DNA of 64,000 nt. Origin: Okamejei kenojei. Taxonomy: Eukaryota. Each line of letters opens with the position of its first letter. Positions within the stretch are counted from its first letter, which is position 1. The stretch lies in NCBI GenBank assembly GCA_035221665.1, contig CM069150.1:37200001-37264000 (forward strand), written 5' to 3'. The notes under the pieces are model-generated. The model was not told the DNA's origin. It worked only from the letters and a program-made list of their open reading frames with translations, and ran no database searches. Positions 39,661 to 52,200 of the stretch are shown piece after piece. Position numbers and translations under genes: made by a program.

Positions 39661-41354
39661 TATACTAAAGTTGGAAATCAATAATTTAACATCTTTTCTC
39701 TTTATTTGTATGTTGCTGTTGGTGAATAAAATGACATGCTCTCGGTACATAGATTTGTGCATTTTTTTATGTTCAAAGAATCTAGTCACAAAGTGACTAC
39801 AGACTGTTAGCTGAGGCCAAATGCAGCTTATATTTTTGAAGAGTGGAATCTGAAGTGGAAAGTCTTGTGACAAATGGTTCCCACCTCTGACATAATCGCA
39901 GAATTAAATCATACTGTTAACTATTAAAGTTATGGAGGTGGAGGCAGGCTCAAGCTGTTATGATATGAGAGTTTGGGGGGGAAGATTCCCCTGCAAATTG
40001 TTTTAGCTGTATAATGGTTTTTGTCACTAAACGTCCTTGCGATGAAGGGGACTCGTGGTTGTCATGAATGCTATTCTGTCCAGTAATAAGTTGGGATAAG
40101 AAAACTTGAGAACTGGATACATAAGGGGGTCAACAATTATTTTGAGAAGGGAAAACGTGGCTCTTAAGTGATCATCTTTGAATAAATGTAGGTTTATCTG
40201 TTATCCTTAAGAATTTTGTTTAATTCTGTTATTTGCAGCTAATTATACCATATTAACCAGCAACCATCATTGTAAAGACTTCTGATATTGCATGTTCCTG
40301 GATTTCCTAGGCAGACAAGACTTGGGGAGAGGGAGGGGGATACTATTGTAAGGATGGTCTACAATTGTTAGTTCATTTATCATTTTGTTCTTGATCTTTG
40401 CATAAAAATGAGAATACTCTGAAATGATCACTAATACATTTCATATTTCTTCAGAATGAAATTTTGAAACTAATTTATTTGAGAATTTCTTAAATTTTGT
40501 TTATGTCTAGGCTGGCAACATTAAATTTAGATGTTTATTAATGTCAATTACTTATTTTCTCAGGAACATAATATATTAATTTAAGGACACATAACCCTTT
40601 CACCACATAATTATTTTTGGAATGAAACTTGAATTTTTTATTTTATTTGCCTTTAAATTATGAAACAAAACTAAAAAGGTGCATATTATTAGCGAAGTTT
40701 ATTTCATGTATGTTTAAGTATGTACAAAATACTTTTATTTGCACACAGATAATATGGCTACCATTGGAACCATCCATAATCTGCATTGTATTTTCTGATT
40801 AGCTACCATTCTGAGATAGGACAGGAAATGCTACAGTACGTAACAGGCAAGGCAGCATCCGTAGAGTGAAAAGCAGATTTAACTGTTCAGGCACATGACT
40901 TTTCATCATTTTCATATGAATAGAATCAGATTTTTCGTTGTTGAAATTGATTATATTCAGATTTCAATTACAAGAATGTGTCCATATATTTGAATAATTA
41001 CGGTACATGATAATTGTCAGATCACATTCACCATGTATATGCCACATTTCATTGTTTTAGTTTTTTAAATTGTGGTCTAGTTATGAAATTTTGTCAGCTC
41101 ATCTCTACACTATAATTGGGAATGTTAACCAATTGTTGAACTGTATAATGCTATTCAAGGGTATGATCTCTAATAGTGTGATGTTAGATGGCTTAGTTTA
41201 TTACCAATCATGTGTCCACCTGATCAAAAGTTGGGCCTTTATGAAGAATTGAATGCTCTATTTTATGCTTCAGCTTTTCACTTTTCATGGAGGCTGAAGC
41301 TCACAATCCTTAAGCCATCTTTGTGAGCCAGTTATTCACCTAGATTATTAATTG

Positions 41355-41630
41355 TTTAGTTTATTGTCACGTGTACTGAGGTACATTGAAAAGCTTTTGT
41401 TGCGTGATGATCAGTCAGTGGAAAGACAATACATGATTTCAATCGAGCCATCCAGTGTGTAGGGATACATGATAAGCGAATAATGTTTAGTGGAAGATAA
41501 AGCTAATAAAGTCCGATCAACGAGAGTCGAGGGACCAATGGGGTAGATTGCTCAGGACTGCGCTCTGGTTGTGGCAGGATGGTTCAGTTCCCTGATAGCA
41601 GCTGGGAAGAAACTGTCCCTGAATCTGAAT
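41355..41630 (-). mobile_element. Rex1-related LINE 3' fragment (related pieces at ~28940-29030, ~47170-47225, ~50725-50980)
   Basis: TTATTGTCACGTGTAC.GAGGTAC..TGAAAAGCTTTTG and RFRDSFFPAAIRELN on the - strand. Confidence 0.7.
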
Positions 41631-41699
41631 GCAACCTCTCTTGGTGTAACAAAATGGATGACTTCCCACCAGCATCTCAGAAAGTAGTGCTGGGCCAGG

Positions 41700-42570
41700 G
41701 CCAGACGGGAGGCGCAGTGATAACCCAAATGCTGAATCAGGTTGTGTGCACATATGTGTGCTGAGGTCTGTGACTGCACGCTGAGCAGATGGAGGCGCCA
41801 GATGCCCTAGTCCCGCACCTGCGCAGTGGCGCGCCCCTGCCAGCAACCTAATGGGCGGTCGAGTGGGGTAGCGCCCCCTCCTGGACGTCCGGGGGAGCCT
41901 CGCCTGCACAATCCTCGCGAGAATAGAGCCGGGGGGGAGGGGGGAGGTGTGGTAGCTTATGCAACATAAACCATTCCTATTCTTCCACCAACACCACCCT
42001 TGTTAACCACTTATTGGGCAGAAATAAGACCATTAATAGTGGGCAACCACCTCTTAGTTTGGAAGAATTGCCCTGAAAGTAGTGCTGCTCAAACTCTGCT
42101 CTCTATTGGACAATAGTCCCCTATGCAAATAAGGCGCCCGCGTCACTTCCGTTCTTTCTCGGCCGCCATTTTGAGCAGCGGAGGCTCAGTGAATTATTGT
42201 CCGAGAGAGATTGAATTTTCGCCCCCCTCTTTTACCCCCCCTTCGCGGCCCAGCGCCTCAGAAAGTTATCGGTCCGGGGAGAAAAAAAAAGTTCGCTCGG
42301 TCGGGTTTGAGGCTTTGTTGTTTTTTTGGGGGGGAGGAAAGGGAAAATTGCGGGGAGCCGCTTGTCCGGCGGCGCTCAGTTGTCTTTTTTTTCCCCCTCC
42401 TCTCCTCCTCCTCCTCTTCTTTTGCCACTCACTAAACAGCTCCCTCTTTCAGTGAGCGCTGGAAGCTCGGCCGCTCGGGGGTTGATGTGAGGAGATTGAA
42501 GCGGCAGCAGGAGGAGGAGGCCCTTTGTTTGCGGCTCGCGTTCTTCTCACTGCTGCCGGCCCCGGCTCGC
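41700..42570 (+). promoter_or_regulatory. ADNP: CpG island / ADNP promoter: reverse CCAAT (42105-42109), octamer ATGCAAAT (42123-42130), composite CRE-half/ETS CGTCACTTCCG (42141-42151), YY1 GGCCGCCATTTTG (42161-42173), BANP/ZBTB33-like CCTCGCGAGA (41913-41922)
   Basis: The only non-repeat CpG-rich block in the window, with housekeeping-promoter motifs read directly. It lies upstream of the ADNP ATG exon. Confidence 0.85.
41869..41884 (-). promoter_or_regulatory. CTCF-type motif (CCAGGAGGGGGCGCTA on - strand)
   Basis: Close match to the CCASYAGRKGGCRS consensus. Confidence 0.55.
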
Positions 42571-42630
42571 GCTTTAACTGAACAATTAAAACAAAAATAA
42601 TCAGAGCAAACAAAACCCCAAAAAAACAAG
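42150..42630 (+). other. ADNP: ADNP non-coding exon 1 (5' end approximate)
   Basis: Starts near the ETS/YY1 motifs and ends at a strong donor, AAG|GTGAGA (42630/42631). Confidence 0.7.
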
Positions 42631-43982
42631 GTGAGAACATTTATCTTTCTTCTAACAAGTTATTATGACTGAGATTTTTTTTCGTGCACACAAATAGTCA
42701 AAAAAAAAAATCCAGGACCTATTTTTTTCCTTCTTTTGCACTGGGTTATCGTTTAAAAAAAAACAATATGCGATGCATGCGAGTAGTTTCTCTAACAATT
42801 GGCACTTTATGGACAAAGATGAATCGACCTAAGGTAACAGATCCAGCAATAACGATTGTTTTATCCTGTTTGTATGTTGCCTATTCGCATGATATAAAAC
42901 ATTGCATTAACACCCGATTAATTTGCGAAATGCACCATTTGTGAGCCGGCATCAGTTATACTAATCAATCATTTATAATTGTCAATCATTTGTGTGTGTT
43001 TACTGTACTTCAAAGTTAGGTGGGGATTCGGATATTAGTATAATTTACCATGTATTGATTTGATGTATATATGATAGGTCAAGGCAACCAATCGATGTTA
43101 GTGTTGCTTTTCCTAATCGTGGATTACAATATCACCCAAAAGTGTTTCTCAAAACTGGATGGCCAAGGTTTTTTTTCAAAAGAAGCTCCCCTGTTCAGAG
43201 GTTGTTTGATCTATGGGTGCATTAGTTCAGTTAATTTCGAGCTCCCTCAAAATCAGCTCTGTCCTGGACAACTGAAATATAACATAGTAATTGTTAACGG
43301 TTAATCTGTGTGAGGCATCAGTCGTGAATCTGATCGAACATTTGTTTACACATTTGCTCAATACCTTTTCTAGTGCTCCATGGTCTTTAGACAGCATGTT
43401 CAACCAATCCAGACAGCAAGGAACGCCCTAGACAGAAGACGGGGTGGATGGAAACTGTGATTTAATTTATTTGTTAATTTACATATAAGTATTCACGTGA
43501 GTTCACTCGGTGACAGTTCTGCATATTTTATGATGCTGATAATATTTAGGGATGGGATAAGTTGACGATGATAATGTTAAAATGTGCACCTCTGGACTGG
43601 TTGCCGGCTGTGACGTTGCTGTAAAATGGCGCGAGTACTGCTCCACTGCAGACATGAATAGATTCAGGGATCCCCAGTTTTGTAATTGCTTAAGTAGAAA
43701 TGTTTAGCACGTGTTCTTTGGAGAAAACGTTTCGTGATCCAACCGTTATCAGGTTCAAAATGTTGCAACGTATATGACCGGCTTTCAGGAAAAGGCATTT
43801 AGAACTGTTATGCATCAAATAAAATAGTTCATTTAAAAAAAAATATTGTTGCATTCAAATCCATTTCGGTTGTAGTGTTTTCTGTATAATCTGATGGTAA
43901 ACCAATTTTCCTTTCTTGCGTGCACAGCCGCCCCCACCCATATTGTAATGCAGCCATGCAGAAAATGAAAATCAATACTGGG

Positions 43983-44105
43983 TGCAGCAGGAGGCGCTCT
44001 CCAGAAGCTGGTTTGGAGGCTCCAGATGCAGGATGAGGAGTTTTTGGTGAAATAAATGCTGTGAGGGGAAAGGGCGGACGCTCCCAATACAGCGCCACCT
44101 GTAGC
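43983..44105. promoter_or_regulatory. Pair of oppositely oriented CTCF-type motifs in ADNP intron 1 (TGCAGCAGGAGGCGCTC on +, 43983-43999; GCTACAGGTGGCGCTG on -, 44090-44105)
   Basis: Motif matches read by eye. Confidence 0.45.
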
Positions 44106-45679
44106 TTAATGGTGACTGAACATTGGGTTACATATAAAGCACATTCCGGCAAGTGTCTTACAAGAATGCAGTTAATCCAGTAGAACTTTAGATAGGTTTT
44201 CAGGAAAACATAGTAATTTGCTTAAGATCCAGCTCCATATGTTAAAGAATACCTGAAGAGTTTTTGGTTGACTCCGTTTTTTGGGACAACTCATTCAAGG
44301 CATTGGTTCTAGATTGTTTCCCCCCCCCCCCCCCCCATTGACTAATTAAATGATAATCGTTTAAGTTGGTTGTTTCAAAATATGTTTTGGGCTTACAAAT
44401 TCATTGATGTAGTGAGACATCGGTGTAATCAAATGTGTTTTGATTTACCAAGAAATTATCTATCAAATGTATACGGATTTAAAAAATTGATAGCACCTTA
44501 TTGCTGCCATTTATCATTAGGTTATGAGATGCGTACAATTTATCAAATAATCTTGTGGTTTCAGGTAACTTTGGATATCTAAATTTTGAACTGTTTAATC
44601 TATTTCTCAGGATTTTGCCCCCAACTATTTTTTTTGTTACTATATGGTTCAAAATGGCGCATGGTGCCATTATTTTAAAATAATCTGCAGGATATGTCTT
44701 GTAATGCATGTGATTTATGAAACTGCAGAATAAGATGTGAACCTTTCAAATCATGAATTTATAATATCATTTTTAATATTACACATTGCTATGGCTGTAG
44801 GCTACACAAATGGGATACACTTTACAAAATCGGTGGACAATTCTAATTTTTTTAATAGTTCGCCATTGGTTCCTTTGGCATGTAAATGTTAAGTCAATGT
44901 TAAGGTGTAGCTGGATACCATTTCTCTTCAGTTCAATTGTCTTACGCGGTTATGTGCATGATTTTTCTCCCAACTCTTTACAGTACATATTAAGAGTAAT
45001 GATATTTTTCTGGCATGAGGAATATCTTCATGGCTTACTTGCATTAATTGTACACTTCTATTTCTTCTCAAGAAATCTTTTACTTTTTTGCCTTTGTGGC
45101 TTAGGCTAAGGTTTACAAGCTTGGCTGGGTTATAGTACCTCTGCCAAATGGGTAATGAACTTGGCTATGAAATTCAAAATCTAGTAACTTGCAAAGTTTC
45201 TACTTAGCGGCATCTGTTGCAGTTTTCATGTACCTTCCCATTGAGATGAATGAAAGCGTTGAAGAGTGGGACCCCCCCCCCCCCACCACCACCATCAGAA
45301 TAGGTGGTTCCCTTAATGCCTGATGGAGAATAGCTAACTAATCATGTATTTGCAATCAAACCAAAGATGTCAGTTGTCTGCATATGGATATCTCAATTGC
45401 ATTATGCCATCTGAACCATTGTGTTGGCTGAAGGGCTCATTCTTAAATTATATTATGCATTAATTTTAACTATTAGTCTGCTAGTAGCTCCAGGGATTTG
45501 CGAGGAACCTTATTACTTTGTTTCTAAATTTTACTTTTTGCAGAAAAAAATATTTATTAATAAAATAAAACTCAATTCTGTTCGGTGAATTTTATGCTAA
45601 ATCGTTTTTCTTAATTCTTCCCCTAATTACCTTTATTTCTATTTAATAAGATTTTTTTTATCTTCGTTTAAAACTGCAG

Positions 45680-45879
45680 GATTTTTGAGAGGTGGTATAA
45701 GGTTGAAAACTTTTTATTGACAACTGTCTGAAGTGTCAGGTCAAAACAAAAAACATGGATAACCATTCAGCATTAATTGGACGTTGCCAGAGAAGTAATA
45801 TGGTCGACACTTGAGAATTTCAACTGTTGAATGCAGATATGTCCGTGACAGTGAAATTTCACCCTGACTGGAGTTCATT
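45680..45879 (+). other. ADNP: Probable ADNP non-coding exon 2 containing uORFs
   Basis: Long pyrimidine-rich tract then ctgcAG (45679), with a candidate donor att|GTTAGT (45879/45880). Unique, more GC-balanced sequence ~3 kb after exon 1, where vertebrate ADNP has a non-coding exon 2. The donor is uncertain. Confidence 0.55.
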
Positions 45880-47989
45880 GTTAGTATTCCAAGGAGTGTA
45901 CAAATGTTCATAATGGAAAAATATTTATGACCTCATCTCTTTTAAATACCAAAATTAATTTATCGTATGACTTCTAAATTTCCCTTTACATTTTTTCTAG
46001 CCATTATCTTGGATTTAGATAAAGACATGGATTAGGTTTATCCTGTGTGCTATGCCTTTGATGTTTACCTGACTGAATTGTGGCAATCATTTGAAAATGA
46101 TACATCTTAAAATTAGACGTTGTCTTGGTTTTTTAACATGCCATGCAGGATTACTATAATATTTCCATTTATTCTTGGCAAAAGGAAATATAGTATTTTT
46201 AACTTGTGTAGATGCATCTGAGTTTTTACAAATCTGATTAGATCAACATTGCCAAGGGGAATTTAATGTCAATATATAATCATTAAATATTTCAACATTT
46301 GGGGTTGTTCCCTTGTAGAATAATTATTCCAGGATTATTTGGTTTATTATACTGGCAATACTCTTCACAGGTAGAGGCTTTGCTTCTTTGTAAATCTTAA
46401 AATTATTTAATGTCATAAGTCCTGGCAACTAATATGTTGACTGCTTTTGTGAAAGCAAGGAGAATATAGATGAACTGCATAATTGGCAGCTATTTGGCAA
46501 CTGCTTGTTGTAGTCATTATCATTAAGTTAGTTTGAATTTAAGTCCTCAAAGAAAGTGAAAGCTTGTACATTATATACTTAACGTGGCATTTATTCTGTA
46601 TAGATAGTGAACTGCCATTTATATTTGAACTTGAAGTCAATTCTTCAACTTCATAGGGAGACATTCATTGTTTTAAATGTCTAAAGATTTAAATTGCACA
46701 TTTGGAGAGAAGCTTTGCCTGAACTTGGAAAGTAATTTTCATATTGTGAGAGGTGCTTAAAGCATATTAATTCTAAGATATGTTGAAGATTTCACAAATG
46801 GCTTGATGGTCTATATAACGAATCACTACGAAGTAAATGCTAAGAAACACAATTTTAATAACCTGAATCTGCCAATGTGACGTTTTCAATGATTTAAGTA
46901 TCTATTTTGTTCCCTGCTTTACACCTTGAGGAATTTAAAAGTTGTCATACTTGCTTTAGTTAGATGAATGAAGATATTTGGTCAAGTTCCTGATGTGCAT
47001 TCACCAGCTGTATGTGTGCATGTACAGCAAAAAATAGATTATCTTTGGGTAATGCTTCTGCTTGAATCATTGGCTAAGGGAAAATGGCAAAAAAAATGAT
47101 CTTTGAGGTTAAAATCACCCTTTGCTCTCATGTTCCTGTGCTTTATTTCCTGACTATCAACTGTCATGTTTCAATGGTTTCTTTAATGTCACATGTACCA
47201 GGTACAGTGAAATACATTTTTTGTCATGGTGCCAAAGGATAATTTTGAAGAACCCTTTAGTTTTTCTTTAAATAATGTTTTTAAGGTAGTTATACAACCG
47301 TCCGAAGAAACTGCAGTTAATTGGTGCGGCCTTGAAGAAGAAAGGATGTTAGGAACTCACAATGATGTCAGATGGTTTAGATATGTGCCGTTAGAAGTGT
47401 CAACGGTGATATTTGCTGAAATAAATAGTACATAGTATGCATTGTAAATCTTCCAAAACTGCATATATTTAAGAACATCTAATTGCAGGGTAGGTACTTG
47501 GGCTGTAGTGTCAAACATTTGGAAATAGTCCAGTAGTTCAAAACCTCGGCCCAAAAATCTTTCATTACTTTATATGAATTTATTAAGAGGCAATGTTTTT
47601 GAGCTTCTCTGAAATGAAAATATCACTTTAGCCACATATCAGGTGCACATTGGTCAGTTGTAGGTGCGTGGTACTGTAGAGTAGGGATTAAAACAAACCA
47701 TTGATTACTTTTGAGTTTGTTGCTGCTGCACTGAAGGAAATTATGATTTTGAGCTTGCATTGGGTTTGATTAGATTTATAAAATAGAATCTGAAAACTAA
47801 CAACATGGAAGGAAATGTTGGCTCATTGTCGCTCTCCTGCGTAGTTCCACCTTTCAGAATTGGCTGTCATTACTCGTGTCATTACTCTTTGGGTATGCAA
47901 GCATTTGTTAATCACGATGATCACCACCCTTGCAGAGAATTAATTTAAGCCCATACAGACTTTGAGGTTTTTTTTCCCCTCCCAATATT

Positions 47990-48500
47990 TATTGCTGTAT
48001 TTGCTGTACTAAGGTAATTGGGTCCTTTACCTGGTCTGTACCCTCATAATTATGTATATCTCAATGAAATCTCTGGTCATCTTCTAACAAACACAATCCC
48101 AAATTATCTCTTAATTCCTCGTAGCTAAAACTTTCCAAAACCTGACTCTGTATTTGAGTTTCATCTGCACCTTGTGCATTCTTATCTTTGCTGTATGTGA
48201 TCAGAACTGTAGACTGTATTTAAAGCTGTGACCCAAGGAGAGTTGTATACAGTTCTAGCGTAACCTCGCTGCTTTACATTCTATGCCTCTGTTAGTGAAG
48301 AAAAACATCACTTGTGCATTTTTCACTGCATCAGTAACCTGTTCTGCTACCTTTGCAGATCTGTGGATATAAGTTCCAAGATTCCGTGTGTTTCATAACA
48401 CCATTTTGTTCTCCCATTTATGTTATTTTCCCTTGCCTTGTGTCCCCAAATACCTTAAATTACACTTCTCTGGATTAAATTTCCTTTGCCACCTTACTAC
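47990..48500 (-). mobile_element. Old degraded CR1 fragment
   Basis: CCCTCATAATTATGTATATCTCAAT...CAGAACTGTAGAC...CACTTCTCTGGATTAAATTTCCTTTGCCA. Confidence 0.55.
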
Positions 48501-51019
48501 TCAATATCTTCCAGCAGTCTTAAAAAGCTCCTCATTGATGTCAAAGGTCTAGCCAGATCTATGTGTAAATTGGTATACATTTCAAAAAGGGACCACAAAC
48601 GAACTGAAGTTTTTTTTTAATCACAAAAATTCGATAATTACCATTAAAGGCCCGGATTTGGAAATACTTTTTATATAAAAGTAGCTTATTTTCTTAGACC
48701 TGGCAAATCTGAGACTTTAAGCTACAGATTTAATTATAAGGCCTTTTAGTTTTTAATTACATTTTTAACCAATAAGTGATACTTATAAATATGAAAATCC
48801 ATGTACCCTGCATGCATACCTAGATTTTTCATTTCTACTCGTGAAGAATGACTGCAGTATTTGATTTTCGTTAACCCTTTGGCAGAGGTGTACGTGAGAG
48901 AGCTGGTTTATAATTCATGTGTATGATTATTTTAAATTGTTGATTTCGTTATTGAGCTTGGCCCTTATCCAATATTTTTTTGCAAATTAGATTAGTGAGC
49001 TTCTGCTTTGCAGACAAATTAGAAGTTGACTTTTGACCAGATACCTGGAAATGGAAACGAGTGAAAGAAGTCGAGTGGAACTGGAACTTCAAAGCCACTG
49101 GGCAAATCAGAAGCAACAGAATGAATTGCAGGGATCAAAAAGTGCAAACTTCCTGGGTAATAGTTAAACATAATAGTCTGGTGCACAACTTTTGCAGACT
49201 AGATTGATGACCCGAATGCTCATGTACAAGAATTTATTAATACATTTATTTATACTTACTGGTCAGATTGCAAACACACCATCAACTATCTCTGGCAGCT
49301 CTTTCCATATACCCACCGTCTGTGTGAAAAAGTTGCCCCACGGTTTCCTTTTTTTTTAAAATGGAAAAAGATGTGATTAAGAAGCAATGAGTGATAGCAG
49401 GAAAGTGCCAGGGAAGTATGATGGCATGTGTCCTCTTTCAATACCTATATTTTGGGAGCCAAATGCTCCCCAATTGTTTCTATCAAAAATAGATTGTCAG
49501 TTTTTTCCTGAATTTTGCAATGCAACAATGTCATAATATTTTAAATTTAATTCTCATACAATTTTCCGATACCAATACATCATGATATAAATAGACAAGA
49601 AGTCTCCATCCATGCCATTCTTAGGAGAATCCACTCCTGACAAAGTGCATGCTGGCTACCCCTACAATATTTCATTTTGATTTATAGAGCATACAACTAG
49701 AGAGAAAATAAGTTTTATCACAATCATTGATAATTCGGGAGGAATTATTTGGAGTTGAGGTGCGAGCTACACATGTTTCTTGGTCACTGTGGCAACTAAA
49801 CGATGCAGAGCTCAATGATCTGGATTTGTTTTAGTGCTTTCAGCCACCTCTATAAATGTGGCTATAAGATAGTGGTTGGCTGGTTTAATTATAAGATATG
49901 CTTTGTCTATTGTAAGTGGTGGTCAGATCTCTTAAATGAACAGTTGCAATTTAGTTAATTAGGAGCATTTAAAGTCCAGCATACATGTAGAAAGTAGCTG
50001 AACTAATGACAAGGACCTTGTATCTGGTGCTTGTGGCTTGTTGAAGACTCCAGAGAGAGCTGGGAAGTTGGATGAGACCTAGGGGTAGGATATTGAACAC
50101 CACTCGCAAAAACACACCCTTTAAATTTACTCAACATAAGAAATTGTGATTTATCTCGTTTAATTAACCAAAATATTTGGTAAACATATAATGTGCCTGA
50201 TGCATCATTGATCTTTCAGTAAAGTAGATTTGAACAATAAAGTGATTAAAATGGACAAAAGTCTCTTGTCACTCTGACCACTATATTTTATGAGGTTGCC
50301 CAAGATTTTTGACGTGAAGGAGGTACTTTGTCATTTAGTGGCTATATTCTGCAGGTCATAAAACAGACATATTCGGAACAAATTTAAACAGAAGAAATTA
50401 ACTGTGGTATGAAGTTTCCATATTAGTGAGGAATATTAACTTTGTGTTGCTTGTAATATAGTTATTATTTTTACAATTCATATTTAACTATCCATTTAGA
50501 GATCCATATATTTAATTTGTATAAATTTTAGTGTTTGTAATCAAAGCAAGTCGGGAAGTGAATAATCTTCCTATAATTGCCCATTGACTGCAAAGAAACT
50601 TTGTATTATTGATAATGATAAAGGACTAAATTTACGTGTTATTGCCTAATTTAAAGTAGGTTGTATTTAAAATTGAGAATATTTTATCATTTATAAATGC
50701 ATTAGCATGGTTTTGATGTGTTTGTATTGGTTTATTGTCATTTATACCATGATACAATGAACAGCTCTGTTTGCTTAATACCCAGTCAATTCATACGATA
50801 CACGAGTACAATTGAGCTATACACTAACACAATGGGTAATACAAAGAGAAAAATACAAGTGCAGAATTTGTCACAGCATTATAGTACAGTTGCAAAGAAA
50901 ATGCAAGATTTGCAGTGAGTAGGTTGGAAGATTAGCATCTGTTTACGGGAGGACTGTTCAGTAGTTTGATGACAATATGGATTTGTAAGGAATGGGGAAG
51001 AGGAAGAGGAGGAGGAGGA

Positions 51020-51835
51020 ATTGACAATGTTTTGGGTTGAGCCCTTATTTAGGACCAAGGGTGGTATAAAGAGAGAAGCAGTGATAAGATGTTCACCAGT
51101 GGGTGATTGGTGGACCGAAGAGGGGTGAGGGATGATGGGCAGCTGGGGGAGGAGGAGGATGTGGTATTTTGAGGCAGAGGCAGGTGGATGATAGATGGAG
51201 GCAGCCAATAAAGGCAGGTGATGATAATTCCTCAAACTGCTGGAGGGTTATAGGCAAGTATGCATAGGCTTATAATGCTAGGATGTGATAAGTAAGGAAG
51301 ATAATAAGGAAACCACTAGGAGAGAGGTGAAGGGCAAGGGGAACCAGACTTTTGTGGGGGATTGGGGACGACTGTTGGGATGGATAATTAGGTGGCTGGA
51401 ACTAGGAGGGAAAAGGGTAATGTAATGGGATGATTACCTGCAATAGGTGAGTGTGGAGAGAAAAATATCCTTATTGTGGATGGAGGTGTATGAAGACTAG
51501 ACATTCATAATGAAGATGAAACGGGTAAGGAAAATTGGAATTTATCAAAATGATGGCCGGCAAGTTAGATGACCTATATATGGGTGGGAAGTGTTTGGAC
51601 AAGGAGAGAAATGATAGCGTTACGGTAAAAGAAGACGGGTTCTGTGGGACAAAATGAGGAAAAATAATGGGCCTAACAGGACAGTCCAGTTGGGTGATTT
51701 TGAATAAAAGCTAGAAGCAATAAGTGCTGTTGGGGGGCAAAAGCTTGGAGTCTGGAAGGAAGATCCATTATTTTGTTGAGATTTGTGACAAGGATTACGT
51801 CTCTTACATTTCTATATTGTGAGATGGAGTTTCTT
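51020..51835 (-). mobile_element. Decayed Penelope-like element
   Basis: pLTR remnant at 51020-51055; GGACAGTCCAGTTGGGTGATTTTG (~51680) is a remnant of the PKIHK.DCP region on the - strand. Confidence 0.55.
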
Positions 51836-52200
51836 GCAGTCACTGTTTGGCTCTGCATTTTGGCGATCCGTTCTGGTAATACGCATTATTGAGAATGATG
51901 AAATTTATGCTTTAAGTATGGACAATTTGAAGAACTTTTAGTTATACAGGGAGGATATAGATGTCCATCCATCTTCACAATTAGTTTTGAACTTTTCAGA
52001 GCAATTAGTTTGCAATTTTGGAAGTCTTGTGGACAACTGAAGTTTAAGATTCTTTATATTTGGAACATGTTACACTGTCTAAACTATGCTGGATAACATG
52101 GTTTGAATGCTTAGGAAAAGTATTAAGTTATACTTAATTTATTCAAAGCAAAAACTTTGATTTGAAATTTACATTAATTGAAATTTTGGTACCAAATAAT

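Noticed and set aside
42123-42455. 110-aa ORF over the ADNP promoter
   Set aside because: Its ATG is part of the octamer motif upstream of the likely TSS; the sequence is promoter/5'UTR with homopolymer-derived residues.
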